Positions 1 through 10,689 of a stretch of DNA of 64,000 nt are shown here, in pieces. This DNA is from Obrimoposthia wandeli (taxonomy: Eukaryota): the NCBI GenBank assembly GCA_977020255.1, contig CDROCS010003444.1, forward strand, positions 1 to 64,000. The letters are read 5' to 3'. Under the pieces are notes generated by a model. It ran no database searches. It saw nothing but the letters and a program-made list of their open reading frames with translations, and was not told where the DNA came from. The position numbers were made by a program, and so were the translations under genes. Every line of letters starts with the position of its first letter. The first letter of the stretch is position 1.

Positions 1-479
1 GTGTACTTCCAGTTTTCTAAGTTACATGTTACTCTCAAATAAAACATGGCATATACTTGGGATGTCCAAGGGCCGATGCCTTTGTATTGGCAAAGCGTGC
101 TTAGTGCTTGTTCTAACGACATTGTGGCTAGTGCATCAAAATTTAGCTGGCCACTCGTTTGCGCTTGGGCCAATACTGTTAAAGTGTTGTGTTTAGCGTT
201 CGAAAGGCCACAACCGAGCAGTAGTTTAGCATCCGTTTTTAGATAGTTTTCAGCGGTTAAAGGTGCAACAAGTGCATTTAAACGGTTGGAGATTGCGTTG
301 GCACTGGCCACTGACAGTAATTGACCGACAACGATCAGTGCAATGCCTGCAAAACCACCTTCACGCAGGCGTAAAGGCACTGTATCAATAACCGCAAAAA
401 CCCGCTTTAATCGCGGGTCTTTAATCAGTAGCTGCTGTAGGTCGGCATTTACGTCTGCCGCAGAGGTGATGTTATCCAT
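1..479 (-). CDS. DNA-3-methyladenine glycosylase II (AlkA/HhH-GPD family), runs off the window edge; possibly interrupted
   Basis: Manual translation from ATG at 479 (MDNITSAADV...) has GGFAGIALIVVGQLLSVASA, GLSNAK and the HhH motif KGIGPWTSQVYAMFYL. No stop before position 1, so it is absent from the ORF track. Confidence 0.75.
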   Translation of the reverse strand, partial: MDNITSAADVNADLQQLLIKDPRLKRVFAVIDTVPLRLREGGFAGIALIVVGQLLSVASANAISNRLNALVAPLTAENYLKTDAKLLLGCGLSNAKHNTLTVLAQAQTSGQLNFDALATMSLEQALSTLCQYKGIGPWTSQVYAMFYLRVTCNLENWKY

Positions 480-499
480 CAACTCTGGTTGCTGCTAGC

Positions 500-772
500 T
501 TAGTCACTTTTTTTAGCATGTGCCGCTTTAATTTTGTCAGCTAAGCGCCCTTGATTGGCCGCTGCATGTGCTTTTTTAGCGGCACTATCTTGTGCTTGAT
601 CTTTTTGATCGCCACGTTGCTTTTCATATACTGACTTAGGCTTTTTCTTTTCAGCGAAAGCTTTTTTCTTGCGGCTTTCTTTACTATCTGGATCTTCTAA
701 GAATTCTTTCTTACTTGGCTTTCTGTCGAGTACTATCATTAATCCAGTACGTTTTTTCTTACTACGTGACAT
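500..772 (-). CDS. Small Lys-rich basic protein of unknown function
   Basis: 90-aa ORF whose ATG overlaps the rbgA stop (TAATG at 774-770), indicating translational coupling. Confidence 0.7.
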   Translation of the reverse strand: MSRSKKKRTGLMIVLDRKPSKKEFLEDPDSKESRKKKAFAEKKKPKSVYEKQRGDQKDQAQDSAAKKAHAAANQGRLADKIKAAHAKKSD

Positions 773-1842
773 TATGTATCACCTCTGTCTTTTGTTTCTA
801 TCGGCTGTGAGTGCTGTGCTAACTGAGCTTTTTCTTCATTCTCAGCGCGTTCACGGCGTGCATCGTCTATGGCGTTTTGGCGTTTATAGGCTTGTCTTTG
901 TGCATCACGCTGTGCGCGTTCTTCATCAATTAAGGCTTGTTTCGCCTGCTCTTTCTCTAATTCTATTTGTGCATCTACTATGCGCTGTTTTGCTTCCTCA
1001 AATTTGACGTACCACTCGGCAACGGTTTCATAGGTAATTAAACCTAATTTACCACCGCGTATATCATGAATCATGACTTCAGCCGCTTTGTGCATGTCGA
1101 TTTTGCCACCGGCTCTTAAACCGCCGCGCTTACTGCCGATAACTTCCAACATTTTCTTGTCAGTTTCTGGCATTGCTTTAAGCTTATAGCGCTCTAACAT
1201 ACGTTGCGGATACTTTTTCATCATAAAACTAGCGGCATAAAGCGCCACTGATTCATATTCAAGTGCGGTATCGCGAATAGCACCACTGGTTGCCAAGCGA
1301 TAACCTGAATCAACATCTGCAATTTTCGGCCATAAAATACCGGGTGTATCCGATAAGATAATGCCATTTTTAAGCGTATAACGGGTTTGTGATTTAGTCA
1401 CCGCAGGCTCATTACCTACCTTTGCAATGCGCTTGCCGACTAAAGCATTGATCATGGTGGATTTCCCTACATTGGGAATACCCATAATCATCACCCGAAC
1501 GGGTCTGTCATTGCGAATGCGTATCGGCGCCATTTTTCTAGCAATATCGGGGATTCTAGCAATTAGCTTTTTATCGCTAATATCAATTGATATCGCTTGG
1601 ATATTTTCTTGCTCGTTAAAATAGTCAACCCACTGCTGGGTAAATTCAGGGTCGGCTAAATCTTGTTTATTGAGCAATTTTAAAACGGGCGTGCCTTGTC
1701 TTAAATCCTTAATCATCGGATTTTGACTCGACATGGGTAGGCGCGCATCGAGCACTTCTATCACCATGTCAATATCGTTCATGGCTTCTTCGATTTCGAT
1801 GCGGGCTTTATTCATGTGCCCGGGAAACCAATTAATATGCAT
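772..1842 (-). CDS. ylqF: Ribosome biogenesis GTPase RbgA/YlqF with an extra charged C-terminal tail
   Basis: N-terminus HINWFPGHMNKA, DARLPMSSQNP, NKQDL, GIPNVGKST, DTPGILWPK: circularly permuted GTPase motifs. Confidence 0.95.
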   Translation of the reverse strand: MHINWFPGHMNKARIEIEEAMNDIDMVIEVLDARLPMSSQNPMIKDLRQGTPVLKLLNKQDLADPEFTQQWVDYFNEQENIQAISIDISDKKLIARIPDIARKMAPIRIRNDRPVRVMIMGIPNVGKSTMINALVGKRIAKVGNEPAVTKSQTRYTLKNGIILSDTPGILWPKIADVDSGYRLATSGAIRDTALEYESVALYAASFMMKKYPQRMLERYKLKAMPETDKKMLEVIGSKRGGLRAGGKIDMHKAAEVMIHDIRGGKLGLITYETVAEWYVKFEEAKQRIVDAQIELEKEQAKQALIDEERAQRDAQRQAYKRQNAIDDARRERAENEEKAQLAQHSQPIETKDRGDT

Positions 1843-2029
1843 GACGTTGTCCTGTTTGCTGTATTGACTTATTTACAGTGTTTACTTACAAAAAGAGCCA
1901 ATCATGTAACGCCGATTACTCTTCTATTTAAGCTTTATTGAGCTACTATTTTTAAACAAAACCATAAAACTAGCTATTTAAAACAGATAGTTATATGGAT
2001 TTATTAATCCGCACTATTAACTAACACTG

Positions 2030-3613
2030 CTACTCTTGGCTTTTTAGATACTCTTCATATCCGCCACGGAAATCAACAATGCCATTTTCTGTCATTTCAA
2101 GCACGCGCGTTGCTAGTGAAGATACAAACTCACGGTCATGGCTGACAAAAATTAGCGTGCCTTTGTAGTTATCTAACGCTAAGTTTAATGATTCGATCGA
2201 CTCCATATCTAAGTGGTTAGTCGGCTCGTCCATTAATAGTACGTTGTCATGGTTAAGCATTAACTTACCGAACAGCATACGCCCTTGCTCACCACCAGAA
2301 AGTACTTTTACTGATTTATGAATATCTTGTTGAGAGAACAATAAACGCCCTAACGTGCCACGAATAGCTTGCTCGTCATCGCCTTCATTGCTCCATTGGC
2401 CCATCCAATCAAGTAATAGCTTATCTTCTTCAAAATCTGAGGCGTGATCCTGTGCGTAGTAACCTAAGCTGGCATTTTCTGACCACTTAATTTCACCAGC
2501 ACTGGGTAATAAATCGCCTTGTAAACATCTTAATAAGGTTGTTTTACCACTGCCGTTAGGCCCGATAATAGCAACACGCTCGCCCACTTCGATCATCAGG
2601 TTCAGTTTTTCGAATAAGGTTTTATCAAACCCTTTCGCCAATCCTTCTACTTCAACCGCTAAGCGGTGTAACTTCTTTTCTTGCTCAAAGCGAATATAAG
2701 GGTTTTGACGTGATGAAGGCTTGATTTCAGCCAGTTCAATTTTATCAATACGCTTGGCACGAGAAGTGGCTTGCTTTGACTTAGACGCGTTGGCTGAGAA
2801 ACGGCTAACGAACGCTTTAAGTTCAGATATTTGTGCTTTCTTTTTGGCGTTATCTGTTTGCAGCTGCTCTTGCTTCATGGTTGCAGCGGTCATGTACTCA
2901 TCGTAGTTACCAGGGTAGACACGTAACTCACCGTAGTCTAAATCGGCCATGTGGGTACATACACTGTTTAAAAAGTGTCTATCGTGCGAAATGATAACCA
3001 TGGTGCAGTTACGCTCATTAAGCACTGATTCTAACCAGCGGATAGTGTTGATATCCAAGTTGTTGGTTGGCTCATCAAGTAGCATGATATCTGGGTTTGA
3101 AAACAATACTTGCGCTAGTAATACCCGTAATTTCCAACCCGGTGCTACTTCACTCATTAAGCCGAAGTGCTGCTCAGTAGGAATACCCACACCTAACAGT
3201 AATTCACCGGCGCGTGATTCAGCAGTATAACCGTCAAGTTCCGCAAATTCGCCTTCAAGATCGGCAACACGAATGCCGTCTTCTTCTGTCATGTCTGGGT
3301 TAGCGTATATCGCGTCACGCTCTTCTTTTACTGTCCATAGCTCTGCGTGGCCCATGATCACTGTATCTATTACTGTCAGTGTTTCAAAAGCAAATTGATC
3401 TTGCTTTAGTTTACCAATGCGCTCTAAAGGATCGGTAGAAACATTACCAGAAGATGCTTCTAAATCGCCTCCTAAGATTTTCATTAAGGTTGACTTACCG
3501 CAACCGTTTGCACCAATTAGACCATAGCGGTTACCACCACCAAATTTAACGGAGACGTTTTCGAAAAGAGGTTTAGCGCCAAACTGAATACTAAGATTTG
3601 AAGATACGAGCAA
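2030..3613 (-). CDS. ybiT: ABC-F family ATPase, YbiT-like
   Basis: Two ABC domains ([19 protein letters not shown]; [23 protein letters not shown]), an inter-ABC linker, no TM segments; MLVSSN..QFG N-terminus. Confidence 0.93.
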   Translation of the reverse strand: MLVSSNLSIQFGAKPLFENVSVKFGGGNRYGLIGANGCGKSTLMKILGGDLEASSGNVSTDPLERIGKLKQDQFAFETLTVIDTVIMGHAELWTVKEERDAIYANPDMTEEDGIRVADLEGEFAELDGYTAESRAGELLLGVGIPTEQHFGLMSEVAPGWKLRVLLAQVLFSNPDIMLLDEPTNNLDINTIRWLESVLNERNCTMVIISHDRHFLNSVCTHMADLDYGELRVYPGNYDEYMTAATMKQEQLQTDNAKKKAQISELKAFVSRFSANASKSKQATSRAKRIDKIELAEIKPSSRQNPYIRFEQEKKLHRLAVEVEGLAKGFDKTLFEKLNLMIEVGERVAIIGPNGSGKTTLLRCLQGDLLPSAGEIKWSENASLGYYAQDHASDFEEDKLLLDWMGQWSNEGDDEQAIRGTLGRLLFSQQDIHKSVKVLSGGEQGRMLFGKLMLNHDNVLLMDEPTNHLDMESIESLNLALDNYKGTLIFVSHDREFVSSLATRVLEMTENGIVDFRGGYEEYLKSQE

Positions 3614-3910
3614 TGTAAGTTACCACTTGAAATTAAGGTTTATATGCAAGCTAAGCGACACATCATATAAACAGTATTGAACGATTTACTGCAATAACGT
3701 GGCTTGGCACATGTATAAATAGCACTATTTAAGATAGCGCCTGTATAAATGATCTTGGAAGGTAAGCAGTGTATTTTGGTACTGCCAATTACACGCACAC
3801 TTCCCCATACTTAAAGAGACGCTTTATGTAGATTTAGACGGGGAATTCATTACAAATACCTACAACTAAAACTTAACCAAAGCGTTCCTCTTTACCCAAG
3901 AGCAAAAAAA

Positions 3911-3926
3911 GCGGCGAATTATACCA
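3911..3926 (-). promoter_or_regulatory. Putative sigma70 extended -10 promoter with GC-rich discriminator, ~300 nt upstream of ybiT
   Basis: Minus strand reads TGGTATAATTCGCCGC. Confidence 0.45.
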
Positions 3927-4211
3927 CTATTGTAGGTTAAGTAGAATCATTATTAGGTGGAATGTGAGTATGAATTAGTGCTGTGAAGTCTCTACATCAC
4001 GCATCAGGCGACAGTTAAGCAAGGTAAAAACCAGAAGAACAAAGAAGCTTATAGCTATAAATAAGCATATCGAGTCGGCTTTTAATACAAAATAACTAAG
4101 GGCAGTAGTCGTTGTATTAATTAAAGGAGCAGTTACACAGAATAAATTACAACCTCAAAAAAAGCTATTTATATAGATAGAAAATGCAATCTCATTTTAA
4201 ACGCAATAAGT

Positions 4212-4397
4212 TTACACACTGACCCTATTTTTACCGTTAGCCATAGAATTATACATTGCCTGATCAGCTCTCTTCATTAATGTATAGCGATTATCGCTTT
4301 GAAAGGCTTTTGCTACAACAATACTTAATGTTAACCCTGCTTTCGCCTGGGTGCTTTGTCTACCAAAATTTCGAACCTTTACTAAGGTATCTTCAGC
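4212..4397 (-). pseudogene. C-terminal remnant of a GGDEF diguanylate cyclase, truncated by an IS3 end
   Basis: LTLSIVVA...LMKRADQAMYNSMANGKNRV matches the GGDEF C-terminus; the upstream part is replaced by IS sequence. Confidence 0.65.
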
Positions 4398-4832
4398 GGT
4401 AATCCCCCCATTTTTAATGGAGTTCAATAGTAGATATATTTCTCTGTGTTAATTCACGTTTTTGAATGGGAGTAATTCCACCAATTCCCATGTTAGGTCG
4501 CTCATGATTATAAGTCCACAACCATTGAGTTGCTCTCGCTTGAAGCTCTCCAATATCCCGATAAATATAGTGGCTCAGCCAATCATATCTTACTGTTCTA
4601 TTGAAACGTTCAATATAAGCATTTTGCTGTGGATTACCTGGCTGAATAAAACATAATTCAATATCATTCTTTTTTGCCCACACAGCGAGCTTATGACTTA
4701 TATATTCAGGTCCATTATCAGAGCGAATTCGTTCGGGCTTACCGCGCCACTCAATAATCCTATCAAGTGACTGAATAACTCGTTCTGCGGGTAGAGATAT
4801 ATCTGCATCTATCGTTAAACCTTCTCGGTTAG
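4398..4832 (-). mobile_element. IS3-family (IS407-like) right-end fragment with partial OrfB integrase core
   Basis: The frame extends beyond the ORF track: NREGLTIDADISLPAERVIQSLDRIIEWRGKPERIRSDNGPEY...IQPGNPQQNAYIERFNRTVR. The terminus GTAATCCCCCCATTTTT lies at 4399. Confidence 0.85.
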
Positions 4833-4833
4833 A

Positions 4834-4975
4834 CGAGCAAAAGTTTTATTTAAAGCAAGCAGAAACAGTTTAGGCAGTAGAGAACTGACTCAACAGTTAC
4901 GCAAAGATGGCTTCAAAGTCATTAGATACAGTAAAATTAAGCTCATGGGAAGGCTAAAGCTAATAGTGGGACGCA
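4834..4975 (+). mobile_element. Second IS3-family OrfB N-terminal (HTH) fragment, opposite orientation
   Basis: Manual translation AKVLFKASRNSLGSRELTQQLRKDGFKVIRYSKIKLMGRLKLIV resembles the IS3 OrfB HTH segment. Confidence 0.55.
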
Positions 4976-5103
4976 AAATAACATCGTATATAAGATAATT
5001 TCTTTTGAATAATAAGTGCCCGAAAAAAAGTAATTATTTATGCTTTTCGACAAAAACCCAAAGATTAGCAAATACCTCAGTAAACTTTACGAAACAATCA
5101 GAT

Positions 5104-8088
5104 TCAATCTACAACACTTAGATGCACAGTGACATCAACATAATCTATTTGATTAGGTGATAAATATTTTTGAGCGTACTTTAAATAAACACCACTTTTG
5201 AGGAAAAGGTCAAATAAGGGGCCATCGATATGGCTATCTTTTTTCATAAAACTCATGATACTAATCGTTTCGCTAAGTTTTTTTGCCTTTTTATAGGGTC
5301 TATCAACAGCGGTTAGCGCTTCAAATATATCTGCAATAGCCATCATTCTAGCTGGAACGGACATCTCCTCTCTTTTCAATCGTTTGGGGAAACCTGTACC
5401 ATCCATCTTCTCATGGTGACCACCTGCAATTTCAGCTACATTACTCAGCATAGTAGGTAATTTTAAAGAATCAAGCATGATAATAGTTTGTATCATATGT
5501 TCATTGATTTTATATCTTTCTTCCATATTTAAAGTACCCCTGCTAATGCAAAGATTATAAATCTCACCGCGGTTATACTGATGTTCAGGGCACTCCATAT
5601 TAAAACCCCATTGATTATCTTCAGTGAGTACATCTTTAGGGTGTCTTTCAATAATATGTTCAATTTTATCAGCGAAAAGTGATTCCATTATTGGTAATGT
5701 TGGATCCGGAGTTTTCTCTTTTCTAATATTTTCTTCCCATGAAATACCTACTCTATCACTTAAGGTTCTTTTCCAAGTAATCATGGACATTTTACGTATA
5801 CGTAGCGCATCAGCATTCGACATAAACTCACTACCTACATTACTACGCGCAACAAAATAAAAGTCATCGTCAATAATCTGAATTTTCTCATCCAATATCT
5901 TTTTCGCTTCTTCAATATCTTTACCTTCCACTAACGACTTCCAGTACTCTATTTCTGCACTACATTTTAGTACTTCAAAGCGCATCCGGATTTCATGAAT
6001 TCGGTCATATATAGTTTCTAGCTTTGTTGCTTTGTCTACTACATATTCGGGTGTTGTTATTTTTCCACAATCATGTAACCAAGCTGCTATCTCTAATTCG
6101 GCCCATTCTTCTTTTGTTAAGGAAAACTCTTTAAACTCCCCTTCTTGTTGTTTGCAGGCTTCTTTTGCTAGCATTGTTGTAATTTCTGGAACTCTTTTAC
6201 AATGCCCAGCAGTGTATCGAGATTTCGCATCAATAGACCCAGCAACTAATTGTATAATAGATGCCACTAAATCTTCTTGACTCTTTAATAAATGTCTACT
6301 TTCCATCGATACAGCAGCAAAACCAGATAAAGTCTGCATAAAGCTAATTCTATCTTCGTTCGCTAAATCATCAGTATTGTCATTATCATAATCGTTAATA
6401 ACACATAATATCCCTTCAATAACACCAGAACGGTTACTTAAAGGTAAAGTTAAGACTTGCAGATTTTCTGCGTGTAGCTTTTCAAAGAACGGTTTAAGTA
6501 AATATTGATCTCCATCGACACGTTTTGTAAATTTATGAACCTTGTGTATTCCCTCTTCAATAGATTCAATAATAAAATTGTTATTATTCACTATTTCACA
6601 TGACGTTAAGGAAAATTCACCATCAATTTCAATTGCTGTTTTCACACTCACTGGAGTTATTTGAGTACCCTCTCCATCCAGTAAAAACAAAACGGCAGCA
6701 TCCGCACGACTAACGTCTAAAGTTTGCTGAGTGATAGTGGTAAGTAATGAATCTAAGTTTTTCTCACCCGCAAGAGAATTAATCATCGTCAGGAAATGAC
6801 CTATGGTTAGTTTCATATTGTCCATATCTCTAGATAGTGTAGAAATTTCAGAGATAACAGACTTTTCCATTGGATGAGAAGTAAAATCAAATTGACGGAT
6901 TTTTCGAGTTTGTAAAGTTAAGCGTCTAATAGGCTTTGATATTAAATAAGCGCTGTAACCTGTTATAGGAACTGCAAAAAACATTAACAGTAAAGCAACT
7001 AGACTTGACTGCCAGCGAATTTCAATTGCTTTGGAAAACAGTTCATTGTCAGGTGCTATAAACGCAAAGAAAACCTTAAAATCATTATGAATATCAAATT
7101 TTCTAACAACGCCACCCCAGTGTTGATTTAAAAAATCAAAGTCAATCCGTTTCTCTTTCGCTTGAATTAGTTGGTTATTTTTTTTCAAAACACTGCTTTG
7201 TAAATCACCAATTCTAGCGATTGTATTATCGCCTTGTCTGTTTTCTATAATTAGTTTCTCGGGGTCTTTATATGCAATAACTTTTCCATTCGCAGTAAAC
7301 AGAACCAACTCCGACGAAGGGGTTATAATGTTTTCTTTTAAAATAGCTGATATGTCATCTAATTCAATATCCGCCGCAATTACCGCCCCCTCTATTTTAG
7401 TTTCGAGGGTAATCGATAAACCTACTTTCTTTACGAAATAATACAAGTAAGGCTCAGTTGTTGCGTAACCATCTGTTTCTAAGGCCAATTTATACCAAGG
7501 TCTAACTCTTGGATCGTAGATCATCCCCTTTAAGACTACGCGTGAAAGTTCCCGTAGATGTTTATCATAATAAACTCTTGTACTGCTGTTTCTTTCAGCA
7601 CTACTTGGTGCTTTTAGATCATCAACTGAATATGCAGTATTAGGGGGAGCATTAAACTGATTACGCATATACTCGGAGTCTATTACTCGTATAATAAAAA
7701 AATCTCCATTTTTATAGCCAATTTCAAAGCCACTTACTGCTTTATTGCCAAGAAGAATAGTACTCAGAACAGGAATAAATTTTAAACGTTCTTCCAGTGT
7801 ATCGGCTAAAGGCAAATCACTTTGGGCCATAATCTCGACACTATTAGAAGCAAGGTTATACTCAGCAGATAAGTCCATAATGGCGCGCTGCATGACTTTT
7901 TCATATTGAACTATTGAGTTTTCTTTAATTAATTCTGAGTTCTTTTGATAATTAAACCAAACTTGAATAACCCCTAGTGCCAGAGTTAAAACGATAAACA
8001 TCGTGGCTATATGCATATGTAATGGAAATTTAAACATTTTAAACATTTTAAATATTTTAAATATTTTTGATGAATTCAACTCTGACAT
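5104..8088 (-). CDS. Membrane-bound HD-GYP cyclic-dinucleotide phosphodiesterase (Cache-HAMP-GAF-like-HD-GYP)
   Basis: Two TM helices flanking a Cache region (YDPRVRPWY), HAMP, SRYTAGHCKRV, WLHDCGK, HHEKMDGTGFP, IADIFEALTAVDRPYKK. Confidence 0.88.
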   Translation of the reverse strand: MSELNSSKIFKIFKMFKMFKFPLHMHIATMFIVLTLALGVIQVWFNYQKNSELIKENSIVQYEKVMQRAIMDLSAEYNLASNSVEIMAQSDLPLADTLEERLKFIPVLSTILLGNKAVSGFEIGYKNGDFFIIRVIDSEYMRNQFNAPPNTAYSVDDLKAPSSAERNSSTRVYYDKHLRELSRVVLKGMIYDPRVRPWYKLALETDGYATTEPYLYYFVKKVGLSITLETKIEGAVIAADIELDDISAILKENIITPSSELVLFTANGKVIAYKDPEKLIIENRQGDNTIARIGDLQSSVLKKNNQLIQAKEKRIDFDFLNQHWGGVVRKFDIHNDFKVFFAFIAPDNELFSKAIEIRWQSSLVALLLMFFAVPITGYSAYLISKPIRRLTLQTRKIRQFDFTSHPMEKSVISEISTLSRDMDNMKLTIGHFLTMINSLAGEKNLDSLLTTITQQTLDVSRADAAVLFLLDGEGTQITPVSVKTAIEIDGEFSLTSCEIVNNNNFIIESIEEGIHKVHKFTKRVDGDQYLLKPFFEKLHAENLQVLTLPLSNRSGVIEGILCVINDYDNDNTDDLANEDRISFMQTLSGFAAVSMESRHLLKSQEDLVASIIQLVAGSIDAKSRYTAGHCKRVPEITTMLAKEACKQQEGEFKEFSLTKEEWAELEIAAWLHDCGKITTPEYVVDKATKLETIYDRIHEIRMRFEVLKCSAEIEYWKSLVEGKDIEEAKKILDEKIQIIDDDFYFVARSNVGSEFMSNADALRIRKMSMITWKRTLSDRVGISWEENIRKEKTPDPTLPIMESLFADKIEHIIERHPKDVLTEDNQWGFNMECPEHQYNRGEIYNLCISRGTLNMEERYKINEHMIQTIIMLDSLKLPTMLSNVAEIAGGHHEKMDGTGFPKRLKREEMSVPARMMAIADIFEALTAVDRPYKKAKKLSETISIMSFMKKDSHIDGPLFDLFLKSGVYLKYAQKYLSPNQIDYVDVTVHLSVVD
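8029..8068. repeat. 9-bp tandem repeat (TTTAAA[C/T]AT) x4-5 inside the HD-GYP N-terminus
   Basis: Encodes KIFKIFKMFKMFKF. Confidence 0.8.
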
Positions 8089-8304
8089 ATATTCTCACCT
8101 GATAATTCCATTTATTCAGTTAGCCGTTTAAAACAGCGATTGGATCTTGAGTTAATTGCTAATTGCTAATAATAAGATAGTGTGCAAATCGAACACGAAA
8201 AATCTGGCTTTAATTCGACTCGATAATTGAATCACAATAGCCATTAATAAATAATGAATGGTTACGGAAAGGTTTAGTCTTACTTTCCATCGTTAATTTA
8301 AAAA

Positions 8305-8330
8305 GGCTATGTTCCCTTTATTTAAGTGTG
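8305..8330. mobile_element. Solo IS1595-type terminal inverted repeat
   Basis: GGCTATGTTCCCTTTATTTAAGTGTG versus the reverse complement of the IS right end, GGCTATGTTCCCGTTAAGTGTTG; the first 12 bp are identical. Confidence 0.5.
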
Positions 8331-8950
8331 ACTAAAGAAACCTAGCATCAAAAGAACAAGTGCTATAAATTAAACTTTGTTTAATTACAATGCCTTAAAG
8401 ACAAGACGTTATCTATCTGAAATGTGCATTTCAAACAATTGATTCATTCTAATGACAGTTTAATTATATATATCAGTAAGTTACAAAATAGCACTCTTCA
8501 AAGAGATTATGGCCATTAAAAATTATACTTTAGTACATTAAATATCGTCCACATTAAAATAAAACGATAGTAGCCGCGATCCTTGAAGCCTCTATGCTTA
8601 ATACTAAAGCATTCAGATTCGTTATAACTGCTAATGCCAGATAGATGATAGTGTTATATATCATAATCTTACCTCCAACAGAGGGTATTACCTTTTCTTT
8701 CAATAATTTTGCAAATGGTTCTTTAGTCCAGTCCATATTCACCTTTTAATAGTGCACGAAATAAATTTAATTACCAGTACAACGTCCATAAAACCTATAG
8801 TCAAAACCTGCTGTAAAAAGTGCAGTTATTGATAAGACGCAGGAACAGTATATGGGCAGCCTTTTGGGCATACCAGCTCAGTATCTAGCTTAGTAAGGAG
8901 TTTGGAGCATGATTGAAAATCCTGACATATAGTTAAATAGCTATATAACT

Positions 8951-9262
8951 ATGTTCATGAATAATAAAACTGAACAATCAAAAGCTTTGGCTAATGAAGC
9001 GCGAATTTCTATTTTAAGGTGGTTAGTCTCACCTGATCAGCATTTTTCTCACCAATTGACAGGCACTCCTTCAAAAATTGGAGTTTGCGTGTCGTTATTG
9101 ACAGAGAAACTTGGGGTATCACAGCCGACAGTAAGTAGGCATTTAGAACTTTTGAAACAAGCAAATTTTGTGACTGTAGAAAAAGTTGGACAATGGTCTT
9201 TCTTTAAGCGCAACGAAGAAGGTTTATCTGAATACAAAAGGTGGATAAATGACAATATTTGA
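8951..9262 (+). CDS. ArsR/SmtB family transcriptional regulator
   Basis: KALANEARISILRWL...LGVSQPTVSRHLELLKQANFV winged HTH. Confidence 0.9.
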   Translation: MFMNNKTEQSKALANEARISILRWLVSPDQHFSHQLTGTPSKIGVCVSLLTEKLGVSQPTVSRHLELLKQANFVTVEKVGQWSFFKRNEEGLSEYKRWINDNI

Positions 9263-10166
9263 AAAAGCAGATCAACAGCTTCTCCCTCATTTTCAAAGAA
9301 AAACCGTCAGCATCAATCGCAACGATATTCTGGCTGTTATTGGAGGTAGTGGTCCGCCTTTACTCATGCTACATGGAGACCCTCAGACCCACCTTTGTTG
9401 GCACCTAATTGCTCCATAGTTAACAGCGCAGTTTACGGTGATTTTAACGGATATCAGAGGAAGAGGTGAAACTCATAAACCTCCTCATAATAATGAGCTT
9501 AATGCTTACTCAAAACGCTATATGGCCAATGAACAAGTAGCCGTAATGGAAGCATTAGGCTATTCACGATTCTCTCTAGTCGGCCACGACCGAGGAGGAC
9601 GCGTAGCAAGACGCCTTGCTCTTGACCACCCATCAGTCGTTGAACAGTTGATTATAATGGATATTATTCCAGCGCTTGATTTTTACGAACAGGTTAATTC
9701 TGATATTGCTCAAGATTATTATTACTTTTTCTTTTTGACGCAGTCTCATCCCTTGCCGGAATGGCTTATCAACGCAGACCCTGAAAGGTTTATGATGGGG
9801 ATACTTCAAGGTCTATCCGATAACTGTGTACCTTATGACGAGTACGCCCTCAAATCTTACCTTACATCAGCTTCCACACCTGAGTCAGTTACTGCTATGT
9901 GTGAGTGTTTTAGAGCAGGCATAACAATAGACTATATTCATGATACCGAGGATCGTAAGGTCGGTAAAACAATAGATTGCCCCACCTTGATTATGTGGGG
10001 AGAAAGAGGTGTTGTTGGTAAACATTTTGATGTTCGAGGTATTTGGGATAAATGGTGTACCAACGCCCAATATAAGAGCCTTCCAAGTGGTCATTTCATT
10101 CCTGAAGAGGTTCCTGATATCGTACTTAAATTAATGAATAATTTTTTAGTAATACCCAATACATAA
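9249..10166 (+). pseudogene. Alpha/beta hydrolase (haloacetate dehalogenase-like) with one in-frame TAG at 9417-9419
   Basis: ATG 9249 overlaps arsR. [40 protein letters not shown] continues in frame into the 9438 ORF with GHDRGGRV and SGHFIPEE. Confidence 0.85.
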
Positions 10167-10689
10167 CAAACCTGACAGCTGAGGTTCTATTTTCAAAATA
10201 TTGAAAGTGGTCGCTACTATGACCTTATTAATAATTGGCACGCCATATTCTTTACGCTACTTCATGTTATAAAAACTGTATATTTTATGCGCTAGTGGAA
10301 GTCTGATCTTAATCTACAAACTCGAATTGAAAGGTATTTACTGTTACTATTAAGGCACAATACACCTGTTTATCTTGTGGGAAATTAAAGCTCTCAAGCG
10401 TCAGACATAGCAGTGAGGTATGGCATTAGAGATAAGCTCAACAAAGCGGCTGCTTTATACCGTTTATCATCTCAGGATCCTCCAGTAAAAAGGCTTTGAT
10501 ATAGCTAATACCTAACAGCGATCCGAACTTCTTCTCAAAATTTAACTCATTAATTTACCTTGAAAGACAAATACAGAGCTGCTGTATAAAAAGAAGCTAA
10601 GCATTAAAATTTGAACCCTTTGAGGCCCTGGTTTAGGAGGTTTTGCTAGTTTCACATGATGATTAGTGTCTAAATTACGACCAAATTAG

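Noticed and set aside
9417-9419. Programmed pyrrolysine decoding of the hydrolase amber codon
   Set aside because: No pylTSBCD seen and the position is not catalytic; a point mutation or sequencing error is more likely.
10160-10272. Possible integron attC site (stop codon in ACATAAC...GTTAT) after the hydrolase gene
   Set aside because: No convincing internal L boxes or long palindrome, no integrase and no cassette array. Similar-looking motifs at 10861 and 10981 fall inside the GFA pseudogene.
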